Assembly: GCA_965204535.1 (NCBI GenBank)
Contig: CBDBEV010000001.1
Coordinates: 1,536,001-1,600,000 of the forward strand
Source: a bacterium
Lineage (GTDB): Bacteria > UBA8248
Direction: 5' to 3'
Length of the DNA stretch: 64,000 nucleotides
This document shows, piece after piece, positions 29,671 to 40,431 of the stretch. Every line of letters begins with the position of its first letter. Positions within the stretch are counted from its first letter, which is position 1. The position numbers and the translations under genes were made by a program. The notes beneath the pieces are model-generated. The model searched no databases. It worked only from the letters and a program-made list of their open reading frames with translations, and was not told the DNA's origin.

Positions 29671-32600
29671 ATGCACAATGACGTACCTAGCCAAGTGAAA
29701 CCGTATCTCGGCGAAATCGCGGATCGGCTGTGGTCGAACAAAGCTGCGGTGATGGTGGGAGCGGGTTTCAGCCGGAACGCGAAAACTGTGGGTTCCACGT
29801 CCGCATCCTTCCCAAGCTGGCAGGAACTTGGGAATATCTTTTACAAGAAGCTGCACGGGCGGTCCCCAGGTGAGGAAACCAGGTACCTGAGCCTCCTCAA
29901 ACTGGCCGAACAGGTCCAGGCCGCGTTCGGACGTCCAACTCTGGACGGGTTGTTGCAGCGCGAAATCCCGGATATGACCTATGAACCCTCGCCGCTGCAT
30001 AGCCAACTGTTGAGCTTGCCGTGGCAAGATGTGTTCACGACGAACTACGACACGTTGCTTGAGCGAGCGCGTGCATCCGTGACACTCATACGCTACGACG
30101 TCGTGACCAAGAAGGAGGATCTCCTCTACGCGAACGAACCAAGAATCGTAAAACTGCATGGAAGCTTTCCATCGCCTCCGTTCGTCATAACTGAAGAAGA
30201 CTACCGCCGTTATCCCAACGACCACGCGCCATTCGTAAACACCGTGCGCCAGTCGCTGCTTGAGAACACTTTGTGCCTGATCGGCTTTTCGGGCGACGAC
30301 CCGAACTTCCTCCAATGGATAGGCTGGATACGAGATCACGTAGGCAAGGAAACTGCGCCCAGAATCTATCTGGTCGGGATGTTCAATACGCTGAGTGAAG
30401 CGGACAGAAAGCTGCTAGACGGCCGAGGGATTGTCGCAGTCGACCTGTCGGTCTTCAGCACAGATCCCGGAAAAGCGTTGGGTAAGTTTCTGGGCTACCT
30501 CGAAAACCGCAAATCCCGCGCCGCGGACTGGCCGACGGTTTCACCAGATGCCCGATCATTGGCAACAGAGGCTAATATCGAAAAGTACTCTGACATTGCG
30601 GCGGAATGGCGGCGCCAGCGAGATGAATACCCGGGCTGGGTGGTTGTGCCAGAGGATCGACGGCAGTTTCTGTGGCTCTACACTAAGCAATGGCTATCAC
30701 TTCTTTCTCAAATGTCGTCGGCCGATCGTGTTCGGCTTGAAACGCCCTTGGACCTGGACCTGGCATTCGAACTGGCATGGCGTCTAGACCGATGCCTGTT
30801 CCCGCTGTCTGGGGAGCTGCCAGCGTTCCTCGAGGAAGTCGCAATCAAGTACAGCGACACAACGCTGCCATTGCCAGAGAAAGACGGTTGGACCAGGACA
30901 TCTGTGTTCGAGGCCGTTACCAACATCCGGCTATGGCTGCTGCGGCACTATCGCGAAGAAGGCCTGGATCAGAAATGGCAAGTAGTCAGTCAGGCCATCG
31001 AGGACGACTTCGGGAGGTTGCTACCTGAACACAAAGCCAGGTTCCGGCTAGAGATGGTACTCCGAGCACTCTTTTGCTTCGATCCGGCCGAAGCGAAACG
31101 GCTACTGGTAACTTGGCAGAGCAACGATAACCTACCCTTCTGGGAGGCGAAACGTGCGGCCCTGATGGCAGAGTTGGGAGAAACGGCGGCCGCACACTCC
31201 ATTTTGGAGACGAGCCTGTCGGCCATCCGCCAGCAGTTGAATCTGAACCCGGTCATTGAAGACTACACGCTTGTCTCGCAGGAGTCTGTCGTCATGTTGC
31301 TGCTCTGGGCGGTCGAGCGCGGCATGGCCGTCCAGGAACGTGATACGGAGGACAATAACCTCTTGGACGAATTGTCCGAGCGGTGGAACGAGCTGACGCG
31401 GTACAGGTGTGACCCGCGTCGCGAGATAGCTTCGTTGTCGTCGCGTCTCGGGCACCCCTCGGTGAGCCGGAGGTCGGAAAGCACGACCTACAGTTTCGAC
31501 TTAGGATTTGTCTCCAAAACATTTCATTTCGGGTTTGACGAGGAAGCGGTCGCAGCGTACTGGCTGCTGCGGATGTATGAAGATATCGGTATGCCCTATC
31601 GTATGGGTCATGCAACGTTCGTGAAACAGCCAGTCGAGTCGACACTACCTCGCGTGCGTCCCTATTCGCCACATTGGGCGTTAGCGAACATCGTCCGTCT
31701 CGGCGACGAGAAGGCGGCTGACGGGCTGTTCGACCGGGAGTACCTCGCCGGTCTCAGGCGGGACAAAGCAGATAAGTTTTTTGATATCTATCTGCCGGCC
31801 TTTGAACGCACTATCACTATGGTCAACGAACCTGACTGGTCCGAGGCCAAAACCTACGAGTTGCTGGCGAAGACCCTTCCCGAGGTGTTTTCGCGGCTCT
31901 GCTACAAGTGCTCGCCAGCATGCCGGGAGCGTCTCGTGGGCGTGCTCCGCGTGATCTACGGTTCGAAGCGTAGGCATGTGTTCGCGGGAGTCGGGCGCTT
32001 CGCTGAACGTCTCTTCCACAGCATGTCGGTCGAAGAACACGCTCGCGCAGTGCCATCGCTTATCGACTTTCCGGTACCGTATCACCTGGACGAAATCGAA
32101 AAGCGGGAATTCGTGAACCCCGTGCTGCTGATTGATCGATCCGCGTTGGTGCGAGGAGAAGCGATCCTCGTATCGGTGGAAAAGATCGACGATCTGCTCG
32201 CTCGGACCACGCATGCCTCGCCGGACCGTGATTGGGTGATCACGACGCTTGTTTGGCTACATGAACGGGGGAGGCTGAACGAGCCGCAGTCCGAGCGCTT
32301 TGGGCGCGTACTATGGGACGGCGTTGAACCACCAAGAGTGCCGGTCGTGGATGGCTACCACAGCTTTGTATGCATCACGTTACCGTATCCCGAAGAAGTC
32401 GACCCGGAACCTCGGGTAAAGGAGCAGTTGAGGTCGTTGATCCGAGAACGAATGGGAGACAATCGCTTAGACGGTGTCTTGGACGAGCTGCGCGACTCTG
32501 CGGAGGTGGTCAAGTGGTCTAGGATGGAGGCCTTGGAGTTGATCGTGGAATTCTTGGAGTGGTGGAACGAACACAAGTATCAGTTGCACCATCGCATGCC

Positions 32601-33306
32601 GCTCCCGTTCGGGTCGCCCGCGGACAACACGAAACGCACGACCGGCAAAGTCATTGATGCCCTGTCAGCAGTATTTTCGCACCTGCCGGAGGACAATTAC
32701 GGAGACGAGGGGTTTAAGCCGTTACGAGAATTCCTCGCAGATCTAGCGGCTCACGACATCCCCACGAAGAGGCTGGAAGCAGCGACATTGAGGATAGTTG
32801 CCGAGGTTCGGGAACAGGTGCTTGAGGAAGTGGCCGCCGCGATGATCGACAATGATCATGAAGTTGTTGTCGATGCACTCTTGGCGGCCAGGGTCTTGGC
32901 GTACACATCGGACGAGGAAGAGAAGCGCGGCAAGTTCACCCCCGTGGCCACCGTACTTGTCCAAGGCGTCCAATGGCGGCACCGTACAGCACTCGCTGAC
33001 AGGCTCCGCGTCGTAGCAGATCTGGTCAAGAACCAGCCCTGGTTTCTTTCGGTGGAGACATTGGTTAGCCTGCTGGCAGGGCTTGGAGAAATCGCAGAGG
33101 AAACATCGAGTGGCGTCAAGGGCAACGATCAGGATGGCGTGATCGTTATCCGGGCCTCGGCGGCGTCCTTGGCGTTTGCGTTGTTCGAGTACTTCCAGGA
33201 GGCTGGATCGGACGAACCAGAAGCGGTCCGACGTTGGCGAGAACTGTGCAACGATCCGGACGAGTTCTCGGAAGTCAAGAACTCATGGATGGTCGCTGGA
33301 GGCTGA
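29671..33306 (+). CDS. SIR2-domain anti-phage protein, Dsr1-like
   Basis: VGAGFSRNA, P.W..L, TTNYDTLLE, KLHGS, ITEEDY..YP, LIGFSGDDPNF..W.GW.RD plus long helical C-terminus. Confidence 0.88.
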   Translation: MHNDVPSQVKPYLGEIADRLWSNKAAVMVGAGFSRNAKTVGSTSASFPSWQELGNIFYKKLHGRSPGEETRYLSLLKLAEQVQAAFGRPTLDGLLQREIPDMTYEPSPLHSQLLSLPWQDVFTTNYDTLLERARASVTLIRYDVVTKKEDLLYANEPRIVKLHGSFPSPPFVITEEDYRRYPNDHAPFVNTVRQSLLENTLCLIGFSGDDPNFLQWIGWIRDHVGKETAPRIYLVGMFNTLSEADRKLLDGRGIVAVDLSVFSTDPGKALGKFLGYLENRKSRAADWPTVSPDARSLATEANIEKYSDIAAEWRRQRDEYPGWVVVPEDRRQFLWLYTKQWLSLLSQMSSADRVRLETPLDLDLAFELAWRLDRCLFPLSGELPAFLEEVAIKYSDTTLPLPEKDGWTRTSVFEAVTNIRLWLLRHYREEGLDQKWQVVSQAIEDDFGRLLPEHKARFRLEMVLRALFCFDPAEAKRLLVTWQSNDNLPFWEAKRAALMAELGETAAAHSILETSLSAIRQQLNLNPVIEDYTLVSQESVVMLLLWAVERGMAVQERDTEDNNLLDELSERWNELTRYRCDPRREIASLSSRLGHPSVSRRSESTTYSFDLGFVSKTFHFGFDEEAVAAYWLLRMYEDIGMPYRMGHATFVKQPVESTLPRVRPYSPHWALANIVRLGDEKAADGLFDREYLAGLRRDKADKFFDIYLPAFERTITMVNEPDWSEAKTYELLAKTLPEVFSRLCYKCSPACRERLVGVLRVIYGSKRRHVFAGVGRFAERLFHSMSVEEHARAVPSLIDFPVPYHLDEIEKREFVNPVLLIDRSALVRGEAILVSVEKIDDLLARTTHASPDRDWVITTLVWLHERGRLNEPQSERFGRVLWDGVEPPRVPVVDGYHSFVCITLPYPEEVDPEPRVKEQLRSLIRERMGDNRLDGVLDELRDSAEVVKWSRMEALELIVEFLEWWNEHKYQLHHRMPLPFGSPADNTKRTTGKVIDALSAVFSHLPEDNYGDEGFKPLREFLADLAAHDIPTKRLEAATLRIVAEVREQVLEEVAAAMIDNDHEVVVDALLAARVLAYTSDEEEKRGKFTPVATVLVQGVQWRHRTALADRLRVVADLVKNQPWFLSVETLVSLLAGLGEIAEETSSGVKGNDQDGVIVIRASAASLAFALFEYFQEAGSDEPEAVRRWRELCNDPDEFSEVKNSWMVAGG

Positions 33307-33744
33307 CCTGCCCTCTCCAGAATCTCCAAGGTCATCATTTCGACATCGTCTGCAGCCGTGAACTTTTGCTCCCCGTCAAGCTGTCCGAAAAGATGGAGCC
33401 ACCTCAGTCCTTGTGCAACACTATTTTCGCTGGGTCCTCCCTTCAGGGCCATCATGGCTTGACGGGAACGGTTTCCGACAGGTACTCGCAGGGATATGCT
33501 AGAGTTGTAATTCATCCGCTTCCGATTTGATTACTTCTTACAGAAAGCGAATTCCGGTCAAGATCAAGAACCACACATATTTCTCAATAATATCAACGGA
33601 ATAGCGGAATTCCCTGCCTGTCGAGACCCCCCACTTTATCTAACCACGCGGGAGAGCGGGATGCGCGCCCCCTCCCGCCGTGTGTTCGGGCGGCATGCAG
33701 GCGGCGGCAGCCATGCAATGCGGGAAGCCGCGCCGCCGCGCGGG

Positions 33745-34590
33745 CTACCTGCGCTTCGCGCCGAACGCGCCGACGTACGCCCCGGTGTCGAAGGCGCCCC
33801 AGGCCTCCTCGTGGCCGGGGCCGTGGAACCGCCCCTCGATGCGGTCGGCGCCGGCCGCGCCCTTGGCGAAGCGCCCGCCGGCCGGCTGCATGCCGGTCCA
33901 TTCGAGCGGCCCGCTGACGCCCTCGAGGTCGATCCCGACCTCGACGAGGGGCCTCGAGAGGTCGGCGACCCGCACCTCGGCGGTCCCGGGGAGGCGCTCG
34001 AAATCGGCGGTCCTGACCGCCTCGGCGATGCCCCGCCAGGCCGCGCTTCCGGTACCTGCGGGATTCGTCCCCGACGCCTCGCCGGCCGCCCAGGCGTGCG
34101 CCGTCATGAACCGGCCCCTCCAGAGTTCTCCGTCGGCCGCGACCGACAGCGCGCCCGCGCCGACTTCCACCGCCGCGTAGCCGTGCACGGCCCAGAAGCC
34201 GTAGCGGGTGAACGACGCATCAAAGACGGTCGCCGAGACCCCGGCGAAGACCTCCGTGAGCGGCGGCCCGCCGGTCGTGCCGCTCACCGTCGCGAACCCC
34301 TCCCGCATTCCTGCGCCCGAGAGCGTCCTCAGGTCGCTCGCCGCGCAGCCCGCCTCCGGGCAGGACAGCGGCACGGAGTCCTTCTCCTCGATCGGCCCCT
34401 CGCCCTCGCGGGTGAGCTCGTAGTCGAAGTACAGTTCCGAGACGAGCGGCGGGACAGAGCGCTGCGCTGCGCCGGGCGGTGGCGTCGTTACGGGCGGCGT
34501 CACAGTGCCGCCTCCGCCGTCCCCGCCGCCGCAGGCGGCAAGGGCCAGCGCGGCCGCGAGCGCCGCGGCGCGCAGAATCCAGGTCTTCAT
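33745..34590 (-). CDS. Surface lipoprotein with TbpB-like C-terminal beta-barrel
   Basis: Lipobox LAAC followed by GGG; C-terminal G.FHGPGHEEAWG.F....VGAFGAKR. Confidence 0.75.
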   Translation of the reverse strand: MKTWILRAAALAAALALAACGGGDGGGGTVTPPVTTPPPGAAQRSVPPLVSELYFDYELTREGEGPIEEKDSVPLSCPEAGCAASDLRTLSGAGMREGFATVSGTTGGPPLTEVFAGVSATVFDASFTRYGFWAVHGYAAVEVGAGALSVAADGELWRGRFMTAHAWAAGEASGTNPAGTGSAAWRGIAEAVRTADFERLPGTAEVRVADLSRPLVEVGIDLEGVSGPLEWTGMQPAGGRFAKGAAGADRIEGRFHGPGHEEAWGAFDTGAYVGAFGAKRR

Positions 34591-34645
34591 GAGAGTCGGT
34601 CTCCTTCCGTTCCGGCGGTCCGTTTGCCTGATCATGTCCGCCTCC

Positions 34646-37600
34646 TCAGAACCGCAGCCGCAGGTCGAGGCCGAGTTCGTACCCGGTTTCCGCCGCCGCG
34701 CTCTCGCGCCGCTCGCCCGCCAGTTCCACGCGCAGGTCCCCGCCCGGCACCTCGAAGCGGGTCCCGAGCCTGAGGCGCCGGCTTTCCCCGCCGGCCAGGT
34801 CGGCTTCCGCGAACGGCGTCAGCACCCCGCCCGCCTCGGGCAGCCAGAACCCGTAACCGACCCGCGCGTCGAGGGCCTCCTGTCCGGCGGCGGAGGGGGT
34901 CGGCATCTCCTCGGCCCACAGCGCATCCGCGCCGCCCGTCGCGGCGCCCCAGCGGGGCGCGAGCGCGAACCACAGGCCGCGCCCGTCCCCGGCGCCCGGA
35001 CCGACCCGCGCCGTCAGGCTCACCCCCTTCTCTTCCGCGCCATCCTCGCTGTGCGCCGCGAGCCAGCGCCCCCGCATCTCCACCGCAACACCCGTCGCGG
35101 CGTAGCGCACCCCGCCGGCCAGCTCGAACCCGCTGCCCTCGAGCCCGTCGCCGCCGTCGCGCCGCACCGCCGCCTCGAGGAACGGCTCGACCGACCACCC
35201 GCCCGCAAGCGCGAAGCGCCTCCTGGCCTCGATACCCGCCCGAAGACGCCAGCCCTCCGCGCTCAGGGCGTGGATCGCGTCCGGACCGGCATCGGTCTCC
35301 AGCCGCGTGACGCTCGCGTCCGCACGCACCGCCAGCGCCATGCCCGCCAGATCGGGAAGCGCACGCCTGACCCCCACCGACGCCATCCGCATCGTGAGGT
35401 CGCCCGTCTCCGCCTCCTCCCCTTCGGGCTCGTGGCGCGCCTCGCCCCAGCCCGCGCCCACCACGGCGCGCAACTCCAGGCCGTTCGCAAGCGTCCAGCG
35501 CCCGTAGGGATAGGCCGCCGTCAGCGTCGTCTCCAGGCGGCCCCGGCCGCCTGAGAGCCCGTAGTCCGCCTCGCCCTCGCCGTGCGACACCGCGAGCCCC
35601 GCCACCCAGGGACCGGCCCGCGCGTCCAGCCCCAGCCAGCCCGTGCGCAGTTTCCCGTCGTAGCGCAGCCCGGGCTCGCCCCGGCCCGCGAAACTCCCCC
35701 AGTCGCCACGGCCCCACACCGACCACAGCGGCCCCTCCGCCGCCCCCAGGAGCAGCGAGAAGGCGCTCGCGCGCAATAACTCCTCCGCTCCGATCTCACG
35801 GCCCGCCGCAACCGCCGCGCAGCCGGCCCCGAACCGTTCCGCCGCGCAGGGCCGCAGTTCCTGCGCAGCGGCAAAATCCGCCGCCGGCGCCGTCCCCGCG
35901 TCCAGCGTCACCGCCTGGCCGGCCAGCGTCAGCCCGCTCGCGCCGACATCCCCGAAACGCGCCCCGATGTTCTCCAGCGCGCTCGACATCGCCCGGCGCG
36001 CCGCCGCCGCGAGCGCGCGCCGCACCGCCTCCTTCACCCACGCACGGCGCGGGTCCGCCACCTCGATGGAGAAGGCGAGCGTGGCGGTGTCCCCGTCCGC
36101 GTCCGTAGCCGTCCAGGTGTATTCCGTCGCATCCCGCGCCCGCGACGGCGTGCCGGCCACCAGGCGCACGGCCGCGTCCAGCGTCAGCCCCGCCGGCGGG
36201 GCCGGCGTCAGGCGGTAGCGCAGCGTCCCGTCGCCGCCCGTCGCCCGAGGCAGCACGAGCGCCACCGCCGCGCCCGGCGTCCAGACCTGGTCCGCGACCG
36301 TGGCATCGCCGAAGCTCGGAGCGAGGACCGGTGCAACGCCTCCTCCTCCCCCGCCTGGGGACGTGCCGCCGGTGGGCGGGGTATCGCCGGTGGGCGGAGA
36401 ACCCTCGGTGGCCGGAGTGTCCGCGGTGGGCGGAGTGTCGCCCTCGTAGATCGTCACCTCCACCGAGGCCGGGCTGCCCGCGACCAGTCCCGCCGGCAGC
36501 GGCGTCCCCAGCGCCACCGTGAACCGCTCGTCGTCCCCGTCGTCGTCCGCCGTTGTCGATATGAACCCCGTTCGGCAGCACCTGCCGGCCGGGATCGTGA
36601 TCGACGCCAGCGTGCCGTGGTCGCCGGCTTCCGACGTGATTGCCCGTACCGTCAGCGGAATCGTCACGTCGGCAGCCAGCCCCGACGACAGCATCGCATT
36701 CACCGCCACGTCCGAACCCTCCGGCACGCGCCGGCTCACCTCGAGCCGCACCGTCTCGACGTGCGGCTCGTCGAGGTCCGTGATCCTGACCTCCACCGAG
36801 GACGGCGTGCCCGCCGCGTACCCCGCCGGCAGGCGCGCCGTGTCCAGCGCCACCGTGAACGTCTCGTCGTCCGTGTCGCTGTCCCGGTGCGTGGGGATGT
36901 TGACGAGGCCGGAGGAAACATTCTGTATGTCGGCCGCGACGTTGATGACGTACCGCCGCGTCCCGTCGGCGGGCGGCAGCGGGTCGTCCCGCTCCCCCCA
37001 GTCGGACGTCTCCGACGTGCCGTTGCGCACGATCACCGGGATCTTCACACCGCCCACCGTCCTGGTCGACACGTGCGCCCTCACCGCCACCGATTCGCCC
37101 TCCGCCACCGGGTTCGGCCTGACCCGCAGCCTGACCGTGGGGGTGTCCTGCGTGGGGGTGTCCTGCGCCTGCCGCGTTACGGTGACGGTGTAGTCCTTCG
37201 TGGTCCCGTCCTCCGCCGTCACCCGCACCGTGAAGACGTTGCCGGAGCCCACGGCCAGGGCGACGGCCCCGCTGGCCGTGCCGTCGGTCACCGCCGCCAG
37301 CGTCGTCCCCCGAAGGCCCACCTGCACCGTGGCCTTGCCCGTGTCATCCACCGTCGGCGTCAGCTTCACGTGGGTGATGCTGTTGGCCACCGTGGCCGTG
37401 TAGGATGTGGTGGCCTTGTCGAAGGCCGGCGACAGGGTGAACGGCGTGAACGTGCCCGAGGCGCTGTCGCTGCCGCCGGCCGTCAGGCCGCTCAGGTCGG
37501 CGTTGGAGGACTGGAGCGTCTGCGAGCAGGAGGTCCCGATGCTGAGCTGGACCGTGTCGCCGACGGACCAGCCCGCGTCGACGGACCAGAAGGTCTCATG

Positions 37601-38071
37601 GAAACTCGTGTCCGGGAGAGCGTAAGCGGTGGTGCCGACGCAGAACTTCAGATCCTGCGGGGGGGACGCTAGAGCTGGCTGGAGTCTTATTTCCAGTGAA
37701 TTCAGGCTCTGTTGAGAGTCGCGAACGTCCCAAACCCGTGTGAACGTATGGGTCGTGCCCCCGACCGTGAAGCTGGAGTTCGTCAACAGCGTATTGCACG
37801 AAACCGTGCTGCCCCCCGAAAGACTGTCACATCCCACGTCCTCGTCACCAAGGTCGCCGACCGTCAGCGTCGCCGACCACCACGTGGTAGCCTGCGCCGA
37901 GACGGGCGCGGCGGCGATCAGATGCAGACCGCACAGCAGCAGCGCAAGAACGGGTACGAGGAAGCAGAGGCAGGCGCGGCGGCGCCGGGGGGGCAGGTCA
38001 GGACGGCAGGCGCCTGCCGGAGTCGGAGAAGCCGATCGTTGCGCGCCGGCCCTTTGCCGGGCGCATTTCAT
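34646..38071 (-). CDS. Autotransporter/adhesin with cadherin-like, Calx-beta-like and Ig-like domains
   Basis: Long signal peptide ending VSAQ; NADLSGL...F....TSYTATV; W.VWGRG barrel start; terminal LGLDLRLRF. The frame extends to GTG 38263 through the repeat tract. Confidence 0.8.
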   Translation of the reverse strand: MKCARQRAGAQRSASPTPAGACRPDLPPRRRRACLCFLVPVLALLLCGLHLIAAAPVSAQATTWWSATLTVGDLGDEDVGCDSLSGGSTVSCNTLLTNSSFTVGGTTHTFTRVWDVRDSQQSLNSLEIRLQPALASPPQDLKFCVGTTAYALPDTSFHETFWSVDAGWSVGDTVQLSIGTSCSQTLQSSNADLSGLTAGGSDSASGTFTPFTLSPAFDKATTSYTATVANSITHVKLTPTVDDTGKATVQVGLRGTTLAAVTDGTASGAVALAVGSGNVFTVRVTAEDGTTKDYTVTVTRQAQDTPTQDTPTVRLRVRPNPVAEGESVAVRAHVSTRTVGGVKIPVIVRNGTSETSDWGERDDPLPPADGTRRYVINVAADIQNVSSGLVNIPTHRDSDTDDETFTVALDTARLPAGYAAGTPSSVEVRITDLDEPHVETVRLEVSRRVPEGSDVAVNAMLSSGLAADVTIPLTVRAITSEAGDHGTLASITIPAGRCCRTGFISTTADDDGDDERFTVALGTPLPAGLVAGSPASVEVTIYEGDTPPTADTPATEGSPPTGDTPPTGGTSPGGGGGGVAPVLAPSFGDATVADQVWTPGAAVALVLPRATGGDGTLRYRLTPAPPAGLTLDAAVRLVAGTPSRARDATEYTWTATDADGDTATLAFSIEVADPRRAWVKEAVRRALAAAARRAMSSALENIGARFGDVGASGLTLAGQAVTLDAGTAPAADFAAAQELRPCAAERFGAGCAAVAAGREIGAEELLRASAFSLLLGAAEGPLWSVWGRGDWGSFAGRGEPGLRYDGKLRTGWLGLDARAGPWVAGLAVSHGEGEADYGLSGGRGRLETTLTAAYPYGRWTLANGLELRAVVGAGWGEARHEPEGEEAETGDLTMRMASVGVRRALPDLAGMALAVRADASVTRLETDAGPDAIHALSAEGWRLRAGIEARRRFALAGGWSVEPFLEAAVRRDGGDGLEGSGFELAGGVRYAATGVAVEMRGRWLAAHSEDGAEEKGVSLTARVGPGAGDGRGLWFALAPRWGAATGGADALWAEEMPTPSAAGQEALDARVGYGFWLPEAGGVLTPFAEADLAGGESRRLRLGTRFEVPGGDLRVELAGERRESAAAETGYELGLDLRLRF

Positions 38072-38090
38072 GCCGCCCTCTTCTTCTTCG

Positions 38091-38237
38091 GATGACGGAT
38101 GACGGATGACGGATGACGGATGACGGATGACGGATGACGGATGACGGATGACGGATGACGGATGACGGATGACGGATGACGGATGACGGATGACGGATGA
38201 CGGATGACGGATGACGGATGACGGATGACGGATGACG
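38091..38237. repeat. Simple sequence repeat (GATGACG)21
   Basis: 21 perfect heptamers ending about 20 bp upstream of the autotransporter ATG. Confidence 0.97.
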
Positions 38238-38657
38238 GACTGTAGCCGATGCCGCCGTCTCACGCAAGCTCTCTATACAGTTTTCCATCTTTCGAGTACC
38301 CTCCCTATCTCACTGACCCGGCAGGAACTCTATGCATGAAAACCATATTTTGTCTTGAACAATGAAAACAATTATAGCATATCCGCGACGGAATCAACAT
38401 TCTGAAATCGCGTCCGGAACGGGCGTTCAGGAATTCCCGCCTCTCACGCCCGTGTCAGCCGCCCCTCGACTGCCGCCGGACTTCCACCTGCTGCACGGAC
38501 ACCGGTTCGCCCGGCGCACACCCCATCGATTACCGGCCGGGTTGGGCGTCAAGTGCGGTGGGACCGATCGCGACGAGGGCTTTGTCTCCGTTGTCCGGGA
38601 CAGGCGCGGTCCGGTCGTCGAATCCAGGAGAATCAATCAGGCCGGCGCCGAAGCGGT

Positions 38658-39798
38658 TCACCGCTTCCCTCCGAACCCGGCGGCCAGGTCACGGCGTTCC
38701 AGCACGCCGGCCATCCCCTCGTGCCCGGGTCCGAAAAAAGCGCCCTTCACCTCACCGGCATCGCCGCCGGTCCGCATGAAGCCGTTTTCGCTCACGCGGA
38801 TCGAGTATTCGAGAGCGCCGTCGCCCCAGGTCGCGCCGGACCCGCTCACTCCCGGCGCCTCGCGAACGCCCCAGCGCTCCAGGCCGGTGAAGTCGAGACC
38901 TCCCTCGAGAGTCGCCAGATCGACCGCAAGGCGGGCGTCCCCGGCGACCGTTTCTCCCGATGGCCGCGAGATGCCCAGGAGCGCGCCGGTCCAGGTCGCG
39001 GCGCCCGTCAACGTCCGGTTGGCCGCCAGTTCGGTCGCCGGCGCCGGTCCCGAAGCCCAGGGCTGCGCCAGACCGTTTCTCAGGGAGACGCCGAAGGAAA
39101 CACCGGCGTCCGCGCCGGTGATCCCCAGATCCCCCCGGACGTGAAAGGACGCGTCCTCCCAGGGTCCGAGCCGCTCCGCGGTCATGTCTTCCGGCAAGGC
39201 GCCGGGCTCGAACCTGCCATAGGCCGCGAGCAGTGCGTCTCGATCCGCGAGGCCGAGGACGTGCGCGGGCGGGTTGGAGGGAGCGATGGGATTCAGCGTC
39301 GAGCGGGGGAAACGCTCCGGATCGGTATGGACATCGAACCCGAGGGAGTGCAGCAGTTCATGAACGACGACGTGGAGGACCGTCGCATCCGGCCAGGCCG
39401 CGTCGATAACCGATGTGTTGATCATTATGTGGCTCGATTGCGCACGGACATTTTCGTACCTCGTGTCACCTGCCCGGTAGAGTCGTCTCGGGAGCGCGAA
39501 ACCGAGAGGGTATGTGCCCGGGGCGAAGCGATAGGGCCATGACCGCCGCCTCCGCCTCGTCGGCCGCCATGACCGCCGCCTCCGCCGCATTCATCGCGGC
39601 CTCCCTCGCCGCTTCCAGCGCGCCCGGCGGCGCCCCGTTCATCGAGGCCTCCCTTGCCGGTTCCGGCGCGTCCGGCGGCGCCGCGGGAGCCCGGGGACCG
39701 CTGCCCCCGCCGCCGCAACCGGAAAGCAGAACCGCGATGGCCACCATTGTCATCGCGCACTTCATCGCAGCCCGCTTCGGACCTTTCCCGTCACGCAT
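38658..39798 (-). pseudogene. Frameshifted lipoprotein with Zn-metallopeptidase motif and TbpB-like barrel
   Basis: Lipobox LSGC-GGGG in the frame from ATG 39798 (GGAGG RBS); frame changes near 39535; HELLHSLG...H and terminal G.FFGPGHEGMAG......AGFGGKR lie in another frame. Confidence 0.65.
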
Positions 39799-39889
39799 GG
39801 TGACCCCCTCCATGTAAAGTCGTCGCAGGATTCCCCGGGCAATCGTACGCGGCACGGACACGGGCCAGGCGGAGAAGTCCCTCGCCGGA

Positions 39890-40140
39890 AGTTTTCCATG
39901 GGCGGCGCGAAACTTCACCGCTTGCCCGCGCATGCGATGCAGCGCAGGACCGCTTGTTGCTCCTCGCTCCTGAGCGCAACCGCCTTCACGCCGGGCTGCC
40001 GCACCGCCGTCCGGACCGCGCGCGCGTCGTGCGCATCGTTCCCGTTGCCACCCGTGAAGGGTCTGATCATCTTCGCCGCAGGAAGCCCGGCCTCGTTCCC
40101 CGGTTCCCGCAGCCGCCGCACGCCTCCATCGAGACCACGC
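39890..40140 (-). pseudogene. IS110-family transposase fragment
   Basis: MEACGG, IRPF..GN.NDA.DARA......PG.K.V...SEEQQAVL and LHRMR.Q.VKFR spread over different frames. Confidence 0.7.
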
Positions 40141-40431
40141 GTGGCGTGCGATTGACAAAATACTCCAGGAACTCTAGTCCCTTCCCGGACTGGAATCAAG
40201 GGTTTTTCAACAGCCTCGCATGCGGCGGCCGACACTGCGAACGTTGCGGATCCAGGCCGGCCGGGTCGGGTCGCCGCCCAGCTTTCGGCGGTGGCGGAAT
40301 TGTGTTATTTTTTTCTTTTTTCGCCGAAATCGCTTGCCGTCCGAACGGCGGAAAGAAGAGAACACGAGCACCTGAAAAAGGAGGGCCCGAACATGCGACC
40401 CACTCCTGGAAAGAGCACGCCGGGGCTTGAT

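Noticed and set aside
38091-38237. CRISPR array
   Set aside because: Perfect 7-bp tandem repeat with no spacers and no cas genes
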